From assembly GCF_009914755.1 (NCBI RefSeq), contig NC_060947.1: a stretch of 64,000 nt of DNA, one strand, 5' to 3'. The notes beneath the pieces were generated by a model. The model searched no databases. It was given only the letters and a program-made list of their open reading frames with translations, and was not told where the DNA came from. The DNA is from the human T2T-CHM13v2.0 reference genome, Homo sapiens. The position numbers and the translations under genes were made by a program. This document shows positions 1 to 12,165 of this stretch, in pieces (the first letter of the stretch is position 1; the number at the start of each line of letters is the position of its first letter).

Positions 1-290
1 GAGGAAAACTAGAAGAGCATAGGGACATGGACGCTAAGGAAATGGCACATTTCAATGGAGATAAGGTTAATAGTGTCAAATGCTGGCAATGTCAAGTATG
101 ATGAGAATCGAAAGGTGGATTTGCAACATGGACAATGGCTAGTAACATCAGCAGGAGCAATTTCTATGGAGCAATGGCACTGGAAGCCAGAATGGGGTGG
201 GTTAAAGAATGCACAGAAGGTGGACAGAGATTGTAGACAACTCTGGGAGAAGGCAGGCTATGAAGGCGAAGAGAGAGATGATGAAGCTGG
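1..290 (-). mobile_element. L2 LINE remnant
   Basis: Degenerate match to recalled antisense L2 consensus (gtgtcaaatgctg...gtcaagtatgatgag...ggatttgcaacatgga...tagacaactct). Confidence 0.6.
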
Positions 291-439
291 CGAGGAGACC
301 GGGGATATTTATTGTTGGTGGTGGATTTTTTATAATAAAAACCCTTTTTGGTCCTTTGAATGCTACGGGCACTAGAATTTAGGGCAGCACCTTTAAAATA
401 CTATGATTCAGATGCTATATCTGAACACCTAGGCAGTGT

Positions 440-1110
440 CTGTACTTGATGTCTAATAAATATCTCAAAATTAACATGCTTAAAAGTGAATTCTGGATCT
501 TCTCACACAAACATGCTATGCTATCTGTCTTTCCCAGCTCAGTGTTAACTATCTTTTGGTTGCTTGGGTAAAAAACTTACTTCATTGAATCCGTTTTTTT
601 CACATCTAAATAAAATGCCAGCAAAGTGTACTGGCTCAACTTTCGAAATATGCACAGAACACAACCACTTCTCACTGATGCTACCTTTGGCTAAGCCACT
701 TCAATCTCTCCTGGATTATTGCAGTAGCCTCCAAACTACTCATCGATCTCCTATCCTTACTCCTCTAAAGTCCATTCTCAACTCAGATAATAACACAGGT
801 CCCCTTTTAAAATGTAAAGGAAATCATGTCATGCTTTTGCTTGAAATATTTCAATGGTGCCATCTCCCCCAGTAAAACCCCAAGTCTTTAAAATAGCTTA
901 CAAGTTCCTATGTGATCTGACCTCATCACCTAACACTCTCCCCCTCACTCTGTTCTGGCCCCAGAGCATGCCTCTGCCTCAGGAGCTTTGCAGTGGCTAT
1001 TCCCGCTGCCTGGCCTGCTCTTTCCCCAGATAATCTTCATGGCTCATGTTCTCTCCTCCAATTTATAAATTCTTTCTAAATGACTTGTTCTTCAAATGCC
1101 ACTTTTATCA
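440..1110 (+). mobile_element. L2a LINE remnant
   Basis: Typical L2 blocks: gatgtctaataaatatctcaaaattaacatg, ctggattattgcagtagcctccaaact, gcctcaggagctttgcagtggctattccc. Confidence 0.75.
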
Positions 1111-1243
1111 GCCTATATAGTCTGAGAGATTTAGGCTACAAGTGTTACAAATGTTCAGATTATGTATAATTAGAAATTTGTGGATTATTTAAGAATGTGT
1201 GCTGACATATAAAGTTTCCAAGAGGCTACAGTGAGGGCCTCAT

Positions 1244-1426
1244 AAAGAAAGGGAAAGGAAGAAAGGAAGAAAGAAAGACAAAGGAAGCAAGGCAGGCAGG
1301 CAGGAAGGAAGGGAGGGAGAGAGGAAGAAAGAAAGAAAGAAAAGAAGAAAGGAAGGAAGGAAAGAAGGAAGGAAGGGAGGGAGGGAGGGAGGAAGGAAGG
1401 AAAGACAGACAAAGGAAGGAAGGCAG
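1244..1426 (+). repeat. Polypurine (GGAA/GAAA/GGGA/GGCA)n low-complexity tract
   Basis: Directly visible ~180-bp almost pure purine run. Confidence 0.95.
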
Positions 1427-2441
1427 GCTGTACCTCATGTATCCCCAAGTGGAAAAGTGAAAGTAGAAAAGATTCAAGGTCCCAATCATGATTCCACACT
1501 ACAAAAGATAGATGAGCTGCAAAAATATATAGATATTTATTTTCAATCACAGTTCTCATAAACAGCATCATGATGCATATTAATACAATATACATTAAAA
1601 ACTTATCCCAGCCAGGCAACATATTAATATTTACTGCTTACCATGCACCTGATATTCTACAAGAAGCACACCTCATCTTCAATTTTTCCATAAACTCTGC
1701 AAGGTGAAGACACTGAGGCTTGCAGAGTACATGTCTTCTCTGAGCTCACAAGTTAGGAAGTGGAAGAGAGGTAATTTACATGGGGGTGAAGGGTATGGGG
1801 GATGGGTCTGACTCCAGACATTTTGCTTTTTTAATTACACTACGTGGGCTGCCACCCCATCCTCTCAAATAAGTAGAATGTCTGTTAGAGATGATTTACT
1901 TCTACCTAATTTTGATATTTTAACACAAATCTACTCAGATGTTTTATGGCCTTTATATGAATGCAGTCATAATTCTAGAATTAGTCACTTACTTTGGTGG
2001 GTCCGTTTATTAATTTTTTTGTTAATTTATTATATTGCCTTAGACAGTATCTTGTAGGTGAACTTGACCTCCTTGTACATCTTGCTTTTTTGAGTAGATT
2101 ACAGAGCATTCCAAAATAATTAGGGGCTTGGGAGTGCATTATCTTCCCATTCCTCCCATTTCAACTTTTGGCCTTTTTGATGGGGAAAGAGAGGGGAGAA
2201 GCAAGGAAAACTGTTTCAGGAAGGTAGATTGAAGGTCATATTCTAGAAGGAAGGCAAATAAATACATCGTGCTTGAATAAATAAAAAATAGAATTTTGAA
2301 TGAACGTGACATTAGATATTAAAAACCCAAGCCTTCTGTTTTTCTGTCATGGAGAAATTACACAAATGGTACACAGAAGTGTGAAGCACTTGAACCAATT
2401 GTTTGAACACATTAAAATTATGGTCCCTACAGTAGGTAAAA

Positions 2442-2591
2442 AACAACATTTATAAAAGCAGCTGAACTGACCATTTTTAATGGCATCCAATTTGCTTCAA
2501 CCTGGATATAACAGGCAAGAACAACATTTATAAAAGCAGCTGAACTGACCATTTTTAATGGCATCTAATTTGCTTCAACCTGGATATAACA
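2442..2591 (+). repeat. Tandem duplication of a 72-bp unit (period 78)
   Basis: 2442-2513 and 2520-2591 are identical except one C/T (gcatccaa vs gcatctaa). Confidence 0.95.
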
Positions 2592-4949
2592 AAGCTGAAT
2601 GTGCTGTCTGAAACTAATTTAATTTTTTAATTTAATATTTCATAAACTCCCAAGAATCATCAATTTGGAATATTCTGGATTCTTCCTCCAATGATTTAGA
2701 TAATCTCCTTCTAGTTGGGGAGACTAAATGAGAGTGATGTGTTTTAATACCTGGCTATGCTGCTCTTTTTCTCTTTTACTTATCAGACTTTCTTTTTCTG
2801 CTTCATATGATCTGCAGGAATAGACTTTTTGTTAAGTAAATCATGGTTGTTCTTTCTAAAACCCAAGATCTAATTACTATGTGAATCACCTCAGCATTCG
2901 TATTTACATTTACTAATAGTTTAGATCAAGATTGGAAAGATATTTGAGTCTCTTCTATAGAAACTAATGAGGTCATTTTGATAGACACCATGTAGCCTCA
3001 AATAAACATTTATGACAAATATTACTGACTGAACCCTATGCCACAAACAAGCACCTTATACTTCCGGCCAAGGTAATCACCCACTTTGCGCAAAATAAAA
3101 TTATACAAGACACCCTGTGCCTTAGAGATGGAAAATATATGTTTCCTTGTTTAATATATTTTCTAGAAAGAAAATGATAGTTATAATAAAGTTCAAGGTG
3201 TCTATTAATGGCACACCCATAAATTTATTTCCAAATTTCTATTAATTGTGAAACCATTTAGGAAACAAGGAAATTAATCATGTGCCCCATTTGAATTTTG
3301 GACTGCCCAGGATTAATGCTGATCTAAAGTCCAATCTTTGCAGGCCAAATTGTTAAAGCTAATCTTTGTACAGTAGTGTGGTTAAAAGAATATACACTAT
3401 AGATAAGCAAGTATACCTCTGACCAGACTTAGGGTATAGATGAGGGCACAGGGAGACTCCTACAACTCCACTAACATGATTTTTTCTACCTTTAGTAAAG
3501 AGCTACTACAGACTTCGTAGAAAGTAGAGTAGATATAAGTTTTCCAGATATTTTGAATCATCAGCTATAGATCATAATAACAAAGGTGAATAGCCATCTA
3601 TATATGTGCTATGCAAATATACTTTTAGAAACAATATTTAGGGGGGTTACAGAAAAACATTGTTTTAATAGAATTTCCTCTCCAAGACTAAAGCTTGGAA
3701 GCTCCCAACACTGGATTTCTTAAACTGCAGTTGACAGGAGCAGAGAGCAAAAACAATGGTTTCTGCCCCAAGGGTCCAAAATTTGGAGAGCTTACTACTT
3801 TCCTATTCCCATTTAAGTTGGGTTCACAAACGTTTTTATGCAAAAATTACTGAGAGCATTTAATTCCAAACCAGGTCACTGCCTCAGACTGTTGACTCTC
3901 TCACCCCCTCTCTTCACACCCCCTAGAATTTTATGTGAATGGAATTTCAAAAAATTTATTTAAGTATAAGATATATGCAAAAAAGTTCAAACATAAGTGT
4001 CAGCTCAACAATTTTTCACAAGATGAGCACACCTGTGTAACTAGCGCCTTGCACCCAGATGAAGAAAAAGAACATTATCATACCTACTACTTTAAATGAA
4101 ATGTTAAAATTAATTTTACTTGAAATTACACTGAAAGAAATACTGAACTTTAGAAAACAGACTCTTTGCTATGGAATGTATTAGTTCCTAAAAGATCTCT
4201 TTAAATTGAGAAAAAATATTTTGTAAAGTTTTAAGATGTTTGTGTCTTTAGTTTTTAAATGGCACAATTTGGTTTTAGGCATCATTGATTGACCTGCTGC
4301 AATGAAAGTTGGTTAGCTCTGCTATTTTTCATTCCCCCATCTTCCAGTTTTGTTGCTTGCATTATTTTTTCATCTTCAGGGTTTAAAATATTTACGTTAT
4401 ATTCTGCAACCAGTATCCACACTGTTTTACCTTACTTCTGCATTTAAATTGATTCAAACTCACTATGAATCTCTTCATCAGGGTTTCTCCATTCCTGGAT
4501 TACTCATTTAAATTAATTTTTTTTGTTGTTGGCAGGCTTCTACCAGTAAGTTTCTCAAGAAAAATCCTGAGTTCATGTTTGAGAATGTCTGCTTATTGTT
4601 TTTTGCTTGAGTAATATAATACTTTTGAATCATACATTCTTTCTTCCAGCTCCACTGTCTCCTGTAGTGGAATGTTTTTGTAAAGCTGGTTGGATTCTCT
4701 CCTCCCCTGAGACCACCATCTTTTTGGTGACTTCTTTTCCTGCTTGGACACTTGAAGGCTTTTTTTCTTCTTCTTTGAAGTTGAAAAATACAACTAGCTT
4801 GTTTTTCAACTGTTCTGCATAATTTTATCTGGTATATAGTATGCTTATTAAATCTGCAGATGAATGCATCTTGTCAAGGAAAATTTTCTATGTTACAACT
4901 GAATTTCTTCTATTTCACATGTTGAGGTCTCTTTGGAAACATCAGTTAA

Positions 4950-5408
<459 letters not shown>

Positions 5409-6569
5409 TAACTGAATTTTCTGGCATGCCTGTTTTGTTCCTTGTTTGGAATTACATTTATTGACTCTCTAGTGATGTGTTTGGTTCAAATTTTGTTTCT
5501 TTTGCTCTGCAATATCCTTTTTCAAATCTTCCTAATTGTTTATTATTTTTCTATTCTTATCAAGGTCTTCTATAGCTGGAAGGACTTGTAGGTTGTATTT
5601 GCTTCTAGATTTACATCTTTTGTGTACTAACTCTGTCCAGACTGTCTAATATGATGTAGGTGAATTCGCCTTGACTTCATTGTACCTTGTCTAGGTCTAG
5701 TTTTTTTATTATTAAGGTTGGAAGAGTAAATTATGGAAGACTTGGGCGTGTAACTGTTGAACCCGTCCATTGGATAATGTATTTATGACACTGTAGCTTC
5801 AACAAAATGAAGCTACAACCCATATGTATATGTATATATGTGGATTTGTAATTAGGACTTGAACATATGAAATATTGATAATTATGTGTTTTCTCCCTAA
5901 TTTGGTGTTATAATTTGTAAACTTTGAATCTAATTTCAGAATTTAAACTAACCAAGCTGACACATTTTAACAGGATAGAGTGAAGAAAGAACATTCTCAT
6001 TCTTCCTTCTATGCTGATGGTACAAGAAAGTCCTGGAATCCTAAGGATCTAGGAAAAATCAACTTGAGAAGTTTCTATGTGGTAAGAAAAGCTATGATGT
6101 GTCTTGCCCTTTTCTCATCTACCATATTGAAATTGAATGTACAGTTCTGTATACGGTTCAGAGTTCTTAAAGATGTAGAAATGATGAGAACATAACAAAA
6201 GGTATTCTTTAGTATTCTCAACTTTCCCTGTGCTCTACTTCTTCCAAACGCAAGGCTAAAGACGCTTTAAAAAATGAGATTGTGACAAAATGCTAACTAC
6301 GACATATTCAGACATTCCAAAACCTGAAAGTGGATCTGAAGCCAGCAGATTCACTACTCACTGTTCTTAGGTTTTGGCATTTTTCTGTCTACCTTCTCTC
6401 AACTAAACCTTCATGACGGTTTTTCCTGTAAGGACAATTACAATAAGATACACTCCCTTCCCCATCTTAACTCAGATTATTATGATGCTATTTCTGCATT
6501 TTTGTATCATGTGATGGTGGTTTCTTTGTGGTATATGACAAAAATGCCCTTCTTCTTGACTCCACAGGA

Positions 6570-7690
6570 AGAAAACTGGCTATTAGCTTGGGACTTCAGC
6601 AAGGCACTTAGCAAGGTCTCTCATAATATCCTGTGGTCAAGAAGAAAAATATAGGCTGGATGACTGTACAATTAACATGATTCATAGCTGGCTGGAACAA
6701 CTTATGCCAAAAAGTGCCAATTAATGGACGGATATCAAACTGAAGGAGCTCTCCAGATGTTCTACAGCAATTTGCCTCTTGCCCAGTGGTGCCTGGTACC
6801 TATTATCAATAACTTGGATAAATATATAGAATAGTTATCAAATATATGGGTAAGATCCAAGTGCATTACAGCACAGAATCAGGACCCAAAATAATAAAAC
6901 AGGCTGAACTAATGGGCCAAATCCAATGAGATAAAGTTTAAGTAGGATAATATAAAGTTCTGTACTTTGGTCCAAAAAATCCCCACTACTCAAGTATAGG
7001 GTACACAAAATTTTGTTATATAGATGGCAGCATATAGATGTAGCTGTTAAAATAAGTCCATTAAATGTTAGGCAGCATTATAAGCAGTAGCTATCTATTG
7101 AGTAGTAGAAAGAACATTGGATTTGGCATTAGAAAACTGGGTCAAATCCCAGTTCTGACAGTTTGGCCCTTAAACTCTTTGATCCTTGCTTTCTTCTCAG
7201 GGTGGTTGTGAAGTTAAAATGAGTTAACATGTCTTTTGAGTTAACAAGTCTAATTTCCAAGCACTTGTGCTCAATAAATATGACCTAGAAAAATTACCAT
7301 TCACAATAATATAAGTGGCTGTGCCACTCCATTTTGTCCTAGAAAAGATGGTACTTGGAATGAGAGGGGCCACACTCAAAAGCAAACCAGAGCTACTTCT
7401 AAAGTTAGTGACTAGGATGGATGAGCGACTCAAAAGAGAACATGAAGAATGGCTACAGGAACTGGGGATAACTGACTTGAAGAACAGTAGACTTAAGGAG
7501 ACCATATCTACCTTCAAACATCTGATGGTGTGCTTCATGGCCTTCTGTAGAGCTCCAAAAGATAGAAGAACACTGGAGAACGGAAAATAGAAGAATGTAG
7601 GCAAGGGCGACCACTTGGTGGGGATGTTGTGAGCGATTTCAGCACAAGTGGATGGTTGGACTACATGGCCTTTAACACGAGAGTCTGACT
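6570..7690 (+). mobile_element. L3/CR1 LINE remnant (RT region), interrupted by a MIR at ~7100-7290
   Basis: gacttcagcaaggcacttagcaaggtctctcataatatcc, tatcaataacttggat and aaagttctgtactttgg match recalled CR1/L3 ORF2; MIR-like gggtcaaatcccagttctg inside. Confidence 0.7.
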
Positions 7691-8058
7691 GTCATATTTC
7701 TAGGACATTTTTCATGAAATGGATCCTTCTAAGTCTGTCTCAAAATAATCCAGGATCTCTGCTATCTTGGGTTGGGCTGGCTTCTTGCCTTAAAATATCA
7801 TCTTTCTTCCAGTTCTAGGCCAGATCTCTTCTTTATCCAGTCTGACTTTCTTGCACCAGTTTACTCTTGCTGACTACTTTGTTCAGGAATTTCTGGTCAC
7901 TTTTAAAATGTCATTCCCCCCCCCCAAAAAAAAACTATCCAAGGGACACAGTACAAGGATAATTTGTGGACATTTTTGGGGAGATGAGCCAGCAAAGCAT
8001 GCTTTCCAGGTTGCTTAATTAAAAGAGTGGGAATTAAGAACCAGAATTTAAGAGTTCC

Positions 8059-8416
<358 letters not shown>

Positions 8417-8699
8417 TCAGACAAGGCTTTTACCGGAAATTTAGCATATAGGATAGAAAGCAGAGACCAAAGACCTCTTGCTTTGAGGCTGTTGGCGTGC
8501 TACAAGGACTCGAAAGTTATTTGTTCAACGGATGACTTCTGTTTTCTGGAGGCAAACTGAATTCCGGGCAGGTGGCTCAGCACCTCCAGCCTGTTCCAGA
8601 TCGGGACAGGGAAGGTGCCTGGGGCAATCAGTGAGGTTTCCAACCTTCCTTAGGCCTGGGCCAGCCCGCTCCCCTCCCATGTGACCCCAGGCAACCATT

Positions 8700-8970
8700 T
8701 TAATTTTTTTACAGCCAAGCGTAGTGGAGAACTGGCTGCGCGCCGGTTGCCAGGGACGCGGCAGCCAGCTTGGCGGGGCTGGGGTGAAAGAGGACGCTGC
8801 GTGGGGGAGGGCTCCGCGGCTTCTGACTGGCTGGAGCATCAGGATTCATTTGCATAATATTTTCTGACGGCTTCTGATTGGCTGAAGCCAGAGGGGCGGT
8901 GGTGGGGTGATTCCAAGGGCCCAGAGCTCTGGCCGGCGGACCTTTTCCTTCTGGAGTTTCCCCGGCGGGT
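8700..8970 (+). promoter_or_regulatory. MID1IP1: Distal CpG-rich promoter and non-coding first exon of MID1IP1
   Basis: Local CpG cluster; octamer ATTTGCAT at 8848; inverted CCAAT (ctgattggct) at ~8874; GC box gaggggcggt at 8891; 5' splice site gggt|GTGAGT at 8970/8971. Confidence 0.65.
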
Positions 8971-9039
8971 GTGAGTTGTTGCGGGGTCTGGGGGAGCTGG
9001 GAGGCCCGGTTTGGGAAGTTTTGCAGGCAGGTGCATGAG

Positions 9040-11350
9040 CCATCTTTCTCTGAAAGTGTTTAAGAAATGTTCAAGAACAGCGGCCAGAGTCAAGAAACTG
9101 GGGGATGAAGGGTTATCTCGAGACTAGACGGAAGGAAACGTATCAGGGGAGGGGTGGAGGCCAGAAGGAAGGAGTTAGGTAGGGGCCCTCTCCCAAGCTG
9201 GCGTTTTTGCTGGGTGGAATCCTTTTGCTAGATCCCTTGGATTTCCGTTTTCCGTGTGTTATCACACTGTTGGAACTGGGAAGAAGAGAAAAAGAGGCAA
9301 GATTTTGGCATTTAGTAAGTTAAGTCTGAATACCGAGTTTTCATCCGGGTGCATACGTACTTAAAATACCAAATGGGTCCAGGAAGGGGGACAAAGTACG
9401 CTTTAATTTATGAGAAGATCAGCTACTAGAAACTGTATATCTGTTTTTCTCGAGTTTTCTTCTTGCAGTGCTCTTTCAATCTCATTGGACATATTTTATA
9501 TTATTTTCCTGCTTAAGCACTGGGGGTTGGGTGGAAGGATCTGTGGCTCATCATAGGCAATTTCCACACTTTTAAGGTTTCTGACTCTTCACATAAACAC
9601 CTCTCACTATGATGAGGTCCTGTATCAAGTACAATTAATCTTTGTACTTTACAATTTACATAGTGATTTTTATTTACATTATCATATTTAAACTTAATCA
9701 AAGTCCTTGGCACGGCCCATGGAACAAGCTCCATTTTTTTGATAAAGAAACTGAGGCTAGAAAAGTTTCTATGTGTGCAGAGAAGGAAGGTGAAATTATT
9801 TTAATGCTTCAAAGTTATATAATGCTTCCTGCCTCCCTGTATTTTTCTTTCCATTGATCTTCCTTCAAAACCCTGATAGGTCTATCCCAGTTTTGCAAGT
9901 AAGAAAACATGGGCTGTGATGTAGAGCTAATACGTTTTGGGGTAGTGGGTCCTCAGACTTAGGTCTGTCTCCAAGGGTCACTGACTTTGTTTTGTTTTGT
10001 TTGTTTTTTGTCAACAGATTAGTCCTTGTGGCACCAAGTCAGAATTTCATTCAAAAGACAATTAGGAAGATGGTTTTCTATGGAAAATATTTAAGTGTAG
10101 GTCTTAATGTGAAAGAAAGAGGGAGAGAAAGAAACCCCTTTATTATGTTCTCCCTTCCTTAGGCATTTTTTGTCCCGTGGGAAAAAACTGTACTAGGGAC
10201 AGAGACCTCTGTTAAGTTTTAGAGAAAAGGGATCTTTTTTTTTTTTATTTGAGACAGAGTCTTGCTCTGTCGCCCAGGCTGGAGTGCAGTGGCACGATCT
10301 CGGCTCACTGCAACTCCGCCTCCTGGGTTCAAGCAATTCTCCTGCTTCATCCTCCCGAGTAGCTGGGATTACAGGCGCTGGCCACCACGCCCGGCTAATT
10401 TTTGTATTTTTAGTAGAGACCGGGTTTCACCATGTTGGCCAGGCTAGTCTGGAACCCCTGACTTTGTGATCCGCCCGCCTCGGCCTCCCAAAGTGCTGGG
10501 ATTACAGGCGTGAGCCACCGTTTCAGGCCGAGAAAAGGGATTTAAAATGAGAAGCTTGAATCTTATTGAACATAATTGTAGGACTGCCAGAGAGGACTGG
10601 TGGATGAGGAATATGGCAAGGGACATGAGATGGGAAAAATTAAATAGGCTGTGGTTTGGAAGTCTCAAAGTGAAATTCAAGGTGCAAGGCTCTTAAAAGT
10701 TAAATCCAGCGATTCGGTACATAGCTTAGGCCCTATTAAATGACCCAGTGCTTTAAGAACTATCTTTTGAAAGGAACACTTCACACAAGCACCCTCAAAA
10801 ATAATTAGACACCTCCCCATTTCTCTGTTAAATGGTGAAAGACACCCAAGACTAGACCTAACTACTGTCACCCTCTCCTGGCCTCTTGGCAGCCAAAAGG
10901 CCACATGGCCCAGGCTCTCCAGCATCACTGTGTAGCCGACTTGGACAAAAATGGACTTCTCCCCATTGCCACTTGCAGATCTCTTCAAAGAATCAGCAGA
11001 TCTGATAGTGTGCCCCTCTTCATCCCCGGCAACCACTGTTAAAGGAAAGATTGGGAAAGATCCCACCCCGCCAGGAGGGAGGCAAAAGCCTCTGACGCTC
11101 CCCTCCCCCCATAGCTGACCAAGGCCAGGGCCACTGCGGGAGCACCGCGCGTCCACGTGCACCCAGCATGCCCGGTCACCCTTTATTACGTAAGAGTCCC
11201 AGGATGGAGTTGTACCTGCTGCCGGCCCCTCTTCCCCGACGGCTAATAATAAACCCGGGTTCCTGTTTCCCGGCCGCGGCCACTCCAGATTCGGGGCTGA
11301 GGGGCTCACTCTGCAACCAAGGCACGTGCATTCTGGTCATCCCACGCGGG
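9040..11350 (-). ncRNA. Possible antisense lncRNA (MID1IP1-AS1) between the two promoters
   Basis: Based on recollection that an antisense transcript is annotated at this locus, plus the bidirectional-type CpG island; exon boundaries cannot be read from sequence. Confidence 0.3.
10234..10529 (-). mobile_element. AluS (Sg/Sx-like) in MID1IP1 distal intron
   Basis: Full reverse Alu; 12-bp TSD gagaaaagggat at 10222-10233 and 10530-10541. Confidence 0.95.
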
Positions 11351-11625
11351 GAGCGCGCGCAAGGCCCGCCCAGCCCCCACATGCCAGCCCCACCCTCCAG
11401 TCGGTCCGGACGCCGACGCCTTTTTGACCCTCGCTGTGCCCGGCCCTCCTCATCTGGCCTGCCCAGGGCTTGGTGCTGGCGGGGTCCAGCTGCTCCAATC
11501 CCTCCTCCTCTGCTCTGCCCTGCCCTGCCCTGGCCTGCCCCGGCGCCCTCCCTCAGCCCGGGTATCAGGCGAGAGGCGGAGCTGGCCCGGCGCGCCCCGC
11601 CCCCGCTGTAGAAAGGGCCGGGCGA

Positions 11626-11641
11626 GTGTTACTCGCGGTCA
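11626..11641 (+). promoter_or_regulatory. DR4 nuclear receptor element (LXRE/TRE-like)
   Basis: GTGTTA-ctcg-CGGTCA about 100 bp upstream of the TATA box; resembles the recalled ABCA1 LXRE AGGTTA-ctat-CGGTCA. Confidence 0.55.
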
Positions 11642-11736
11642 TCCCGGCCTGGGCCTTTTATCTCGGTGCTGCCGGGGGAGGCGGGAGGAGGAGACACCAG
11701 GGGTGGCCCTGAGCGCCGGCGACACCTTTCCTGGAC

Positions 11737-11896
11737 TATAAATTGAGCACCTGGGATGGGTAGGGGGCCAACGCAGTCACCGCCGTCCGCAGTCACAGTC
11801 CAGCCACTGACCGCAGCAGCGCCCTTGCGTAGCAGCCGCTTGCAGCGAGAACACTGAATTGCCAACGAGCAGGAGAGTCTCAAGGCGCAAGAGGAG
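11737..11896 (+). promoter_or_regulatory. MID1IP1: Proximal TATA promoter and non-coding first exon of MID1IP1
   Basis: TATAAAT at 11737-11743, GC boxes at ~11595, Inr-like gCAGTc at ~11774, donor gag|GTGGGT at 11896/11897. Confidence 0.75.
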
Positions 11897-12165
11897 GTGG
11901 GTGCCCACGCCCCATCGCTGCCCCGGCCAGCTTGGTTGCTTGAGCTCAGGCTTTTCGGAGGGAGAAGTTGTGGTGGTGGGGGGACACCCTTCTCCCCGCG
12001 GCCGTAGGTGGGCGAGGAGGTGGGACTGCCCAGCCGCGGGGAGCCACCCAGGCGCCGTCCCGGACGAGCTGTAGCCAGAGAAGGGGGTGCGCGCGGGCAA
12101 GGGCGCCAGGCCCCCTAGCAGGGTGAATAATCTAATCTGTTCTTTCGTCTCCGTGTATCAAACAG
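11897..12165 (+). other. MID1IP1: 5'UTR intron of MID1IP1
   Basis: GTGGGT donor; branch-like ctaat at 12132, pyrimidine tract and aacAG acceptor at 12164-12165. Confidence 0.75.

Noticed and set aside
1185-1622. Hydrophobic 145-aa ORF
   Set aside because: Derived largely from the (CCTT/CTTT)n simple repeat.
2442-2591. CRISPR-like repeat-spacer pattern
   Set aside because: Only two 72-bp copies with a 6-nt gap, eukaryotic context, no cas genes.
7224-7604. 126-aa and 91-aa overlapping ORFs
   Set aside because: They lie within a decayed L3/CR1 remnant; no intact domain.
9440-10020. Strong-looking splice acceptors at 9468 and 10017
   Set aside because: No convincing partner donor at exon-like distance found by eye; needs junction data.
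10677-11309. 210-aa minus-strand ORF
   Set aside because: No recognisable domain, non-ATG start, arises at the GC-rich island edge; cannot be supported as coding.
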